Origin: Chitinophagales bacterium
GTDB lineage: Bacteria; Bacteroidota; Bacteroidia; Chitinophagales; UBA10324
Assembly (NCBI GenBank): GCA_013816805.1
Contig: JACDDS010000003.1
Coordinates: 8,582-72,581 of the forward strand
DNA length: 64,000 nt
Direction of reading: 5' to 3'
Shown: piece after piece, positions 9,124 to 17,125 of the stretch
Layout: each line of letters starts with the position of its first letter
Numbering within the stretch: the first letter of the stretch is position 1
The notes under the pieces: model-generated
What the model was told of the DNA's origin: nothing
The model's database searches: none
What the model saw: the letters and a program-made list of their open reading frames with translations, nothing else
Program-made: the position numbers and the translations under genes

Positions 9124-10464
9124 ATGAAGATCAGAATGTTGTTTTTTGGGCTGGTTTCAGGCATCATCAGTACCTTTTTTCTTAGCTGTAATAAGAATAC
9201 TCCAATAGGAGTAGATATTTTGCCATCGGGAGATTTTATAAATGGCGTTTTTTCAGATACCTTTTCTCTTATTTCAACTACTGTAAGGCAGGATTCAGTA
9301 AAGACAAGTACCCTCTTTAATAATGTATTGGGGAATATGCTGGACCCCGTTTTTGGAAAAACCTATGCTGCTATTTTCACTGAATTAAAACTCCCTACTA
9401 ATTCTGTAGATTTTGGTACTCCTGATACCCTTTTTATAGATTCTGTTGTGCTTACACTTGCCTATGCGGGTATATACGGTTTCAGTGATGTTCCCCAATC
9501 AATTTCAGTTTTTGAAGTAACGGAACCGTTGAGTCCGCTTCCAGCCGATGGCTATTACTCTGATAAATTTTTTTCAGTAAATCCGGAACCTATCGGGAGC
9601 CGTCAATTTTTAGTGCCTGATTTAACTGACACGGTTATAGTTTTGGGTTTGCCGTTTCCGCCCCACCTGCGCATACGCCTTTCTGATAGTTTCGGTCAGA
9701 ATATATTGAATCAGTCCGGCGGGACTAACCTTTCAACTGATACCCTGTTTCGGGAATTCCTTAAGGGACTGCTGATTGCACCCGATACGGTAAGCACACC
9801 AAACTCAGCAAGCCTCATCTATCTCAACCTGTTATCACCAACCAGTGGTCTTCGCCTTTACTGGCATACCCCAAAAACCACTTCACAGGCATTTGTGCTG
9901 CCTATTACAACCGATATCGTTAAAACCAATTATTACCGGCATAATTATTCAGGGTCCGAAGTTGAAAAGCATCTTCAGTTTCAATCTTCTGAAGGCGATA
10001 GTATTGTCTATGTTCAGCCTTTGGGCGGAGTAAAAACCCGTATTAATATTCCGGCGCTCAATACTTTAAAGAATGTTCTGATTAATAAAGCGGAGATCAT
10101 CATTACCCAGGCTCCGGATCCGCAAAATTCCGATACCGCTTATACAACACCTACTATTTTATATCTGGCGGCGAGTGATTCTCTAGGCCGTAATATATCC
10201 CTTCCTGATCAGCTGCTTGTTTTCCCTTCGCCAGGCGGTCAGCGAACATTTGTAACCAATTCTTCCGGCGCAACCGTAGCGCAATATCATTTCAGCATTG
10301 CAAAACAGCTTCAATTAATTATTGATCAAAAGAAAACTGATTATGGGTTATTCATCATTCCCTATAGTCCGGGTGAAAATGCAGCAAGGTTAAGAGCAGG
10401 AGGGTCCAACCGCAATGATGATATGAAGATGAGGTTAGACCTGATCTATACAAATTTAAAATAA
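9124..10464 (+). CDS. DUF4270-like lipoprotein
   Basis: Lipoprotein signal FFLSC. Its size and its position between the glgA-like gene and glmS match the conserved Bacteroidota arrangement as I recall it. Confidence 0.5.
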   Translation: MKIRMLFFGLVSGIISTFFLSCNKNTPIGVDILPSGDFINGVFSDTFSLISTTVRQDSVKTSTLFNNVLGNMLDPVFGKTYAAIFTELKLPTNSVDFGTPDTLFIDSVVLTLAYAGIYGFSDVPQSISVFEVTEPLSPLPADGYYSDKFFSVNPEPIGSRQFLVPDLTDTVIVLGLPFPPHLRIRLSDSFGQNILNQSGGTNLSTDTLFREFLKGLLIAPDTVSTPNSASLIYLNLLSPTSGLRLYWHTPKTTSQAFVLPITTDIVKTNYYRHNYSGSEVEKHLQFQSSEGDSIVYVQPLGGVKTRINIPALNTLKNVLINKAEIIITQAPDPQNSDTAYTTPTILYLAASDSLGRNISLPDQLLVFPSPGGQRTFVTNSSGATVAQYHFSIAKQLQLIIDQKKTDYGLFIIPYSPGENAARLRAGGSNRNDDMKMRLDLIYTNLK

Positions 10465-10482
10465 TAAAAAACCAGATCATTC

Positions 10483-12321
10483 ATGTGTGGAATAGTTGGT
10501 TACATAGGAAATAAGCAGGCATTTCCGATTTTGATGAAAGGATTACACCGTTTGGAATACCGCGGATATGACAGCGCCGGTGTGGCCCTTATTAATGGGG
10601 ATATTAAAATCTATAAGAAAGCTGGGAAAGTGAGTACTCTGGCAGAGTTTTGTCAGGATAAAGATACGGAAGGCACCATTGGTATTGGCCACACCCGATG
10701 GGCAACCCACGGGGAACCAAACGATATTAATGCACATCCCCATTTTTCTGAAAAAGAAAATCTCGCCATTATTCACAATGGAATTATTGAAAATTATGCG
10801 CCTCTAAAAGAAGAGCTTTTACAGCGGGGCCACCATTTTAAATCCGAAACTGACACGGAAGTGCTGATTCATCTTATAGAGGATATTCAGCAAAACGAAG
10901 GAGTGAATTTAGAAGAAGCCGTGCGCATTGCATTAAATGAAGTAATAGGAGCCTATGCCATAGTTATCATCTCTAAAGAAAATCCTGATATTATTATAGC
11001 TGCCCGAAAAGGCAGTCCGCTGGTGATAGGAGTAGGAGAAAAAGAATTTTTTGTCGCCTCAGATGCCACACCCATTGTAGAATACACTAAAAATGTGGTG
11101 TACATGAACGATGAGGAAATTGCTACTATGCACCGTAATGGAAAGCTGAGCATCATGACCATCGGAAATAAGATGAAGACGCCCTATATACAGGAGCTCG
11201 AGCTGAAGCTTGAGATGCTTGAGAAAGGCGGGTTTGACCATTTTATGCTGAAAGAAATTTATGAACAACCTCATTCTATCCGGGATTCGTTGCGTGGGCG
11301 CTTAAATACTTATACAGGAAAAATAAAGCTCGGCGGCTTTTCAGAATATGAGCAAAAGCTTGTAAATGCAAAAGGACTGACGATGGTGGCATGCGGCACA
11401 TCCTGGCATGCAAGTATTGTGGGCGAATATTTATTTGAAGATCTTGCCCGCATTCCGGTAGAGGTGGAATATGCCTCTGAGTTTCGGTATCGCAACCCCA
11501 TTGTAAATCCTGCAGATATAATTATTGCAGTGTCGCAGTCGGGCGAGACGGCCGATACCCTGGCTGCCATCGAGCTTGCAAAGTCAAAGGATGCTACCGT
11601 TTTTGGTATTTGTAATGTAGTAGGATCGTCTATAGCTCGCAGCACCCACGCAGGATCATATACTCACGCAGGCCCTGAGATAGGGGTGGCCTCTACAAAA
11701 GCTTTTACAGCACAGGTCTCCGTTTTAAGTATGCTGGCTTTAAGGGTTGCCCGTGAGCGGGGAACCATTACACAATCACGCTACCACCAGCTTATTAATG
11801 AGCTGGATGTGATTCCGGAAAAGGTGAAGGAGGTGCTAAAAACAAATGATCAGATTAAGTACATCTCAGACTTTTTTAAAGACATGAGGAATTTTCTTTA
11901 CCTGGGAAGGGGATATAATTTCCCGGTAGCATTGGAAGGGGCACTTAAGCTCAAAGAAATATCCTACATCCATGCAGAAGGCTATCCTGCTGCGGAGATG
12001 AAGCATGGCCCCATTGCGCTGATCGACGAAGAAATGCCCGTGGTAGTGTTAGCTACAAAAGGGGGTCCTTATGATAAGATTATTTCCAATATACAGGAGG
12101 TGAAAGCGCGGCGTGGAAGAATTATTGCCATTGTAACAAAAGGCGACAAGATTATCCGCGACCTTGCTGAATTCGTGATAGAAATTCCGGAAACGGAAGA
12201 GGCACTTACACCACTGCTGTCCGTCATTCCTTTACAGTTGCTGGCGTATCACATAGCTGTTATCAGGGGTTGTAATGTTGATCAGCCCCGGAACCTTGCC
12301 AAGAGTGTTACCGTGGAATAA
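10483..12321 (+). CDS. glmS: glutamine--fructose-6-phosphate aminotransferase (isomerizing)
   Basis: Starts MCGIVGYIG. Two SIS domains and a C-terminal NLAKSVTVE. Size 612 aa. Confidence 0.97.
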   Translation: MCGIVGYIGNKQAFPILMKGLHRLEYRGYDSAGVALINGDIKIYKKAGKVSTLAEFCQDKDTEGTIGIGHTRWATHGEPNDINAHPHFSEKENLAIIHNGIIENYAPLKEELLQRGHHFKSETDTEVLIHLIEDIQQNEGVNLEEAVRIALNEVIGAYAIVIISKENPDIIIAARKGSPLVIGVGEKEFFVASDATPIVEYTKNVVYMNDEEIATMHRNGKLSIMTIGNKMKTPYIQELELKLEMLEKGGFDHFMLKEIYEQPHSIRDSLRGRLNTYTGKIKLGGFSEYEQKLVNAKGLTMVACGTSWHASIVGEYLFEDLARIPVEVEYASEFRYRNPIVNPADIIIAVSQSGETADTLAAIELAKSKDATVFGICNVVGSSIARSTHAGSYTHAGPEIGVASTKAFTAQVSVLSMLALRVARERGTITQSRYHQLINELDVIPEKVKEVLKTNDQIKYISDFFKDMRNFLYLGRGYNFPVALEGALKLKEISYIHAEGYPAAEMKHGPIALIDEEMPVVVLATKGGPYDKIISNIQEVKARRGRIIAIVTKGDKIIRDLAEFVIEIPETEEALTPLLSVIPLQLLAYHIAVIRGCNVDQPRNLAKSVTVE

Positions 12322-12358
12322 GTCTATAACTTAATTTAATGGGTTAAATAAAATCCAA

Positions 12359-13702
12359 TCAATTTCCCGCCAATGGCATATACGGTGTCGCTTCCGTAAT
12401 TAAATCCTGGGGTAAATAGGGATTTATAGTAGATGCTCTTTTTATAAGCACTGTTCCTTTCTGAGGATTATTATTTTTTTCATAGATCAGCCCTGCCCTG
12501 CACAGCATTACCGCGTTTTGTGAGCCGGTGCGCATTGCTTTTTCAATATAGGGCAATGACTTTGCATATTCACCCCGCTTATAATATACCCAGCTCATCA
12601 TTTCATTAATCTCGATGTTATCCGGCCTCCGATTGTATTCTATCTCTGCATGTTTCAAAGCCTGATCATTTTGCTTCAGTTTCAGATACGCATAGGCCAA
12701 TTCTTTATCTGCATAGTGACCTGCATTTGGATCATTATCATTGGAATTTGCCTGAGCATTAAGATCTTTGATTACTTCCTCCATCAGCGAATCAGCCTTT
12801 TTTGTTTCATGGTTATCAGTATACAAATCGACCAGTTCATCTCCGAAAGCATTGTCTTTTATCAAAGAGTTGGCTTCTTCATAGTCTTTTATTGCTTCAG
12901 CATAGTTCTTTTTGGCGAGCGCAACCCTTCCTAGTCCTGCTATGGCATAAGCATAATTGGGGCGTTCACCAAGGGCAATCTGGTAATGAAGTGAAGCACT
13001 ATCGAGGTTGCCTGTTATTTCATAGAGCTTTCCCAGATAACAACGTACCCATGCCGTTTGCTCCAAACCAGGATAGCCAGCCTGCACTGCCATTTTCATA
13101 GCTGCTGTAGCACCAGGGTAATCACCATAAATTTCCCGTACATAAGAAATTCGTGAATAAGATCGCAGGTCGGGTCGTATGGCGCACATCTTATCCGCCA
13201 TCATCACGGCACTATCGTACTTTCCAAGTTCAACGTAAGCATCGGTAAGAATGCCATATACCATAGAAGTCATTGGTGCTACCTTTTGTGCCTGTTTCCC
13301 AATCTGCAGTCCGGTATCGAAATGATGCTGCGAAAGGTAAGCGGTGGCAAGTGTGGTAAGTGCTTCAATATTATTTGGATCCTTTTGCAGCACCGCATTG
13401 AGAATTTTAATTACAGCCGGATCATAATATGCATGGTCACCGGTAATGCGTGCCTCCTGGATATATGCCTGTGCGAGCGTGATCTTCAGCTTAGGGTCAT
13501 TGGGCTGCTGGCGGATTTTCTCCAGGAGCGCATCAATAGTTTGCCTGGTGTTCGTCCATTCACTGCCCATGCCTATTGCACCGATCCTGTTTTTGAGAGG
13601 TGGAATTTCCGGTACAGGTTTTCTAAAAATAAGGATCATCGCTACAAAGAGGACGAGAATGGTAATGGATATGATGTAAAAATTTTTCTTAAGGAATTGC
13701 AT
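12359..13702 (-). CDS. tetratricopeptide-repeat protein with an N-terminal membrane anchor
   Basis: N-terminal TM segment (FYIISITILVLFVAMILIF). Repeated A..Y...G.Y..A TPR patterns run through the rest. Confidence 0.7.
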   Translation of the reverse strand: MQFLKKNFYIISITILVLFVAMILIFRKPVPEIPPLKNRIGAIGMGSEWTNTRQTIDALLEKIRQQPNDPKLKITLAQAYIQEARITGDHAYYDPAVIKILNAVLQKDPNNIEALTTLATAYLSQHHFDTGLQIGKQAQKVAPMTSMVYGILTDAYVELGKYDSAVMMADKMCAIRPDLRSYSRISYVREIYGDYPGATAAMKMAVQAGYPGLEQTAWVRCYLGKLYEITGNLDSASLHYQIALGERPNYAYAIAGLGRVALAKKNYAEAIKDYEEANSLIKDNAFGDELVDLYTDNHETKKADSLMEEVIKDLNAQANSNDNDPNAGHYADKELAYAYLKLKQNDQALKHAEIEYNRRPDNIEINEMMSWVYYKRGEYAKSLPYIEKAMRTGSQNAVMLCRAGLIYEKNNNPQKGTVLIKRASTINPYLPQDLITEATPYMPLAGN

Positions 13703-13985
13703 TTAGATTGGAGTTAAAGAGTTGGCTAATAAACGAAAATTAGGACAAAATGGATTTGCTGAAATATAAGGTCATTAGACCATGTGTTATTAAATAATAT
13801 TAGACTGTTAGAAGTAGTTGACCATGTACACCATTCCCTTTTAAATATAGGCCATTTTTGACATAAAATGATTGTCATAATCTGAATATTAATCTATGTA
13901 GAATTGTCTTTCAAATTAACAAGCTGAAATTTTCATTTTTCTCTTTCAGAAAATTCCGGTTACTTAACCGTCAGCGTATTTGACT

Positions 13986-14399
13986 ATGGTGCAATCAATG
14001 CCGGTTAAAATTTTATATTTTCCAGTTGCTGTTTCAGCAGGTTTACCTGCGCTTGTTGCGGATTACATGGAAGAAAGCACGGATCTGAATGAGCTTCTTA
14101 TCAAAAATCCATCTTCCACATTTCTTGTTAAAATAGAGGGAGAATCCATGGTTGATTTTCACATTCCTCCCTTTTCAAAAGTGCTCGTCGATAGATCCCG
14201 GCACCCTTCTTCAGGTGATATTATAGTTGGTGTAATGAATGGAGAATTTATAATTAAGCAGCTATGCATTGCCTATGGAACAGTGATGCTGGTGCCGGGC
14301 AATCCCAGGTACAAAACCATTCATGTAACAGAAGAAATGCACTTCTCTGTTTGGGGTGTGGTGACACAAATTTTTATTGACCCTAAAAATATAATCTGA
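13986..14399 (+). CDS. S24 peptidase, UmuD-like (no DNA-binding domain)
   Basis: VSAGLPALVADY (Ala-Gly cleavage-site region), GESM (catalytic Ser) and FIIKQL (catalytic Lys). About 137 aa from the ATG at 13986; the ORF opens at a TTG at 13980. Confidence 0.75.
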   Translation: MVQSMPVKILYFPVAVSAGLPALVADYMEESTDLNELLIKNPSSTFLVKIEGESMVDFHIPPFSKVLVDRSRHPSSGDIIVGVMNGEFIIKQLCIAYGTVMLVPGNPRYKTIHVTEEMHFSVWGVVTQIFIDPKNII

Positions 14400-14532
14400 A
14401 AATCTGAATTGTCAATGCACTGCTGGCAAACAAACTGCGGTCTGAAAAACCGTGAAGCTAAGCATCACCGTTAGGTAGCTCTTGAATGGTTTAAGTTTGT
14501 TGTAATGCTAAGCTTTTGCCCTTAATACAAAT

Positions 14533-14563
14533 GAAAAAGCCGCACTAGAATTGAGGCGGCTTC
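14533..14563 (-). terminator. rho-independent terminator downstream of the repeat-protein gene
   Basis: 7-bp stem (aagccgc 14537-14543 pairs with gcggctt 14556-14562), 12-nt loop, then a T-run on the minus strand. Confidence 0.5.
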
Positions 14564-14586
14564 TCCATTCTTCTTAAATTCGGCCG

Positions 14587-16854
14587 TTAATGCTGAATTA
14601 CCAATTGTTTCTTCAATCTTAAGGTATGTGCCTCATCTGTTGCAACTAAGTAATAGATGCCATTAGCAAAATCCGAAACATTCAGGCTGAGGTTGTTTAC
14701 ACCCTGGCTCAGGAGTAAATTATTACTAACCACGATTCTGCCATACTGATCTGTTAACTCTATAGTAACAGATTGGTTATCCTTTGCTGAAATAGAATAA
14801 TTAAATAAAGCAGCAGCAGGGTTTGGATAAATTCCATTCAACACCACCGTATTCAAATTTTCAATTTTTGGCTGAGAAGATTTAATGGTTTTAACACCTG
14901 CCTTATTGCTCTGGTTATCGGTGATATTGGGCACAGTGGTAAAGGAGAATAGAACCGGGTCTTTGCTTCCGTTAATAGTTACTGTTTTACCGGTGCTGGC
15001 AGTAGAACTTACATTAACGGTAATAATAAAATACCCATGATCACCTTCGGCTATAGTACGGTTTATACTTAAGGTATAGGTGTGCGGCGCTGCGAACGTG
15101 GCAGCTGTTGAATTCAGGAATGATGCCCCCGTGAGATCCGGCGAACTGGGATTAAAGTATACGCTTGCCGTAGTAAGGTCATTCTCGTCATGAGTACCGC
15201 TTAATGTGAAGGTTATATTATTCGCTGTTACCGGCTCAGTTACCACCACCATTTTTACGGCATATATAATATTACTGACACTTCCCTGCAGAATATTTCC
15301 AGCTGAAATGGATGAAGTAGTTAATGTTACATCAGCCGCCTGTATCTTCTGAGCTTTCGCTTTATTAGACTGCTGATCGTCTACATTCGGCGCAGTGGTA
15401 AATCCGAAAATTACAGGGTCAGTGTCTCCGTTTACCTGAACAGTGTGGTTGTCGGTAGCGGTATTACTGACGTTTACCGTAACAATAAAATAGCCGTGAT
15501 CGCCTGCTGCAATAGTACGATTGATGCTCAAGGTATAGGTGTGCGGCGCTGCGAACGTTGCAGCTGTTGAATTCAGGAAGGATGCGCCGGTAAGATCGGG
15601 TGAACTGGGATTGAAGTATACACTTACCGTGGAGAGATCATTGTTATCATGATTTCCACTCAAAGTGAATGTTATATTATTTGCTGTTACAGGCTCGGTG
15701 GCTACCGCCATTTTCACTGCATACACAATGACACTGATGGCGCCCTGGTTAACATCATTAGCACCTACGGATGAGGTAGTCAACGTTACATCGGCTGCCT
15801 GTATCTTCTGAGCTTTCGCTTTATTAGACTGCTGATCGTCTACATTCGGCGCAGTGGCAAATCCGAAAATTACAGGGTCAGTGTCTCCGTTTACCTGAAC
15901 AGTGTGGTTGTCGGTAGCGGTATTACTGACGTTTACCGTAACAATAAAATAGCCGTGATCGCCTGCTGCAATAGTACGATTGATGCTCAAGATATAGGTG
16001 TGCGGCGCTGCGAATGCGGCAGCTGTTGAATTCAGGAATGATGCGCCGGTAAGATCGGGTGAACTGGGATTGAAGTATACACTTACCGTGGAAAGATCAT
16101 TGTTATCATGATTTCTACTCAAAGTGAATGTTATATTATTTGCTGTTACAGGCTCAGTGGCTACGGACATCTTTACTGAATATACAATTACGCTTACAGT
16201 GCCCTGGTTAACATCCATAGCACTTACTGATGAACTTGTAAGTGTTACATCGGCTGCCTGGATCTTAAAGGCATTCGCCTTATTGGATTGCTGATCGTCT
16301 AAGATTACTGAAGCAGTAAATCCAAATATTACCGGATCAGTGGCTCCGTTCACCTGGACGGTATGGTTATCGGTGGCTGTATTGCTTACATTTACCGTAA
16401 CAATAAAATAGCCGCTGGTGCCAGCGGTCAGTGTTCGGTTAATGCTTAAAGAATAGGTGTGCGGTGCTGCAAACGTGGCTGCCGTGGAATTCAGAAAAGA
16501 TGCCCCCGTAAGATCCGGAGAGCTGGGATTGAAATAAGCACTTACTGTGGTAAGGTCATTACTGTCATGATTCCCGCTAAGGGTGAATTTAATATTATTC
16601 ACAGTTACATCAGCCGTTTCCACTTTCATCTTCACGGCATATACAATAACACTGGTGCTGCCCTGGTTGATGTCCCCGCCAGATTCTGATGACGTAGTTA
16701 GTGTTACGTCAGCTTTTGCAGCATGAATGTCAGCGTTACAAGATTGATTATTAGTTGATGTGGTTAAGCCAGATACATGAAACGGATAAGCATTTGTTTG
16801 CAATACTGTTATGCTTATTAATAGAAGTAATAAAAAGTAAGGTTTTGTTTTCAT
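14587..16854 (-). CDS. secreted protein of four 153-aa tandem repeats with a T9SS C-terminal sorting domain
   Basis: Signal peptide. The repeats start with ADVTLT at aa 48, 201, 354 and 507. The C-terminus YPNP...GIYYLVATDEAHTLRLKKQLVIQH is typical of a T9SS CTD. Confidence 0.85.
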   Translation of the reverse strand: MKTKPYFLLLLLISITVLQTNAYPFHVSGLTTSTNNQSCNADIHAAKADVTLTTSSESGGDINQGSTSVIVYAVKMKVETADVTVNNIKFTLSGNHDSNDLTTVSAYFNPSSPDLTGASFLNSTAATFAAPHTYSLSINRTLTAGTSGYFIVTVNVSNTATDNHTVQVNGATDPVIFGFTASVILDDQQSNKANAFKIQAADVTLTSSSVSAMDVNQGTVSVIVYSVKMSVATEPVTANNITFTLSRNHDNNDLSTVSVYFNPSSPDLTGASFLNSTAAAFAAPHTYILSINRTIAAGDHGYFIVTVNVSNTATDNHTVQVNGDTDPVIFGFATAPNVDDQQSNKAKAQKIQAADVTLTTSSVGANDVNQGAISVIVYAVKMAVATEPVTANNITFTLSGNHDNNDLSTVSVYFNPSSPDLTGASFLNSTAATFAAPHTYTLSINRTIAAGDHGYFIVTVNVSNTATDNHTVQVNGDTDPVIFGFTTAPNVDDQQSNKAKAQKIQAADVTLTTSSISAGNILQGSVSNIIYAVKMVVVTEPVTANNITFTLSGTHDENDLTTASVYFNPSSPDLTGASFLNSTAATFAAPHTYTLSINRTIAEGDHGYFIITVNVSSTASTGKTVTINGSKDPVLFSFTTVPNITDNQSNKAGVKTIKSSQPKIENLNTVVLNGIYPNPAAALFNYSISAKDNQSVTIELTDQYGRIVVSNNLLLSQGVNNLSLNVSDFANGIYYLVATDEAHTLRLKKQLVIQH
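14882..16717 (-). repeat. 4 x 459-bp in-frame tandem repeat inside the CDS
   Basis: Units are 14882-15340, 15341-15799, 15800-16258 and 16259-16717. The two central units differ at only a handful of positions over their first ~330 nt. The outer units are clearly more diverged. Confidence 0.9.
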
Positions 16855-17015
16855 AATTCTTAGGATTTTTAAGGATTCAGGCTCAAAGATAGCTTTGGAT
16901 TAATATGTTAGTCAATTACCTGTTTGGGGGATGGGAGGGCTTTTTCTAAAAATGGTTTAGAAGCCTTACAGGAATTCTATGGGTTGAATTGGTATAGAAC
17001 TTCTCTGCTTAAGCA

Positions 17016-17041
17016 AAGTTTTCAACTCGATTTGAAAACTT
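17016..17041. promoter_or_regulatory. perfect 10-bp inverted repeat (aagttttcaa-N6-ttgaaaactt) upstream of the repeat-protein gene
   Basis: Read directly from the sequence. It lies 160-185 nt upstream of the start at 16854 and downstream of the DUF4331 terminator. It could be an operator or a hairpin. Confidence 0.25.
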
Positions 17042-17068
17042 AGCTTTAGATGAACGAAGAGCAGAAAT

Positions 17069-17101
17069 TAAAAAAGCCGTTCCGGTTTCCCGGAACGGCT
17101 T
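17069..17101 (-). terminator. strong rho-independent terminator after the DUF4331 operon
   Basis: 11-bp GC-rich stem (agccgttccgg 17075-17085 pairs with ccggaacggct 17090-17100), 4-nt loop, then a T-run on the minus strand. Confidence 0.8.
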
Positions 17102-17125
17102 CGATTAACCAAAAAACTCCAATCT

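Noticed and set aside
13859-13877. TGACA-N9-TGTCA inverted repeat upstream of the UmuD-like gene, considered as an SOS operator.
   Set aside because: The arms are only 5 bp and do not extend. I cannot recall a validated Bacteroidota SOS-box consensus to compare against. A chance occurrence is likely in AT-rich DNA.
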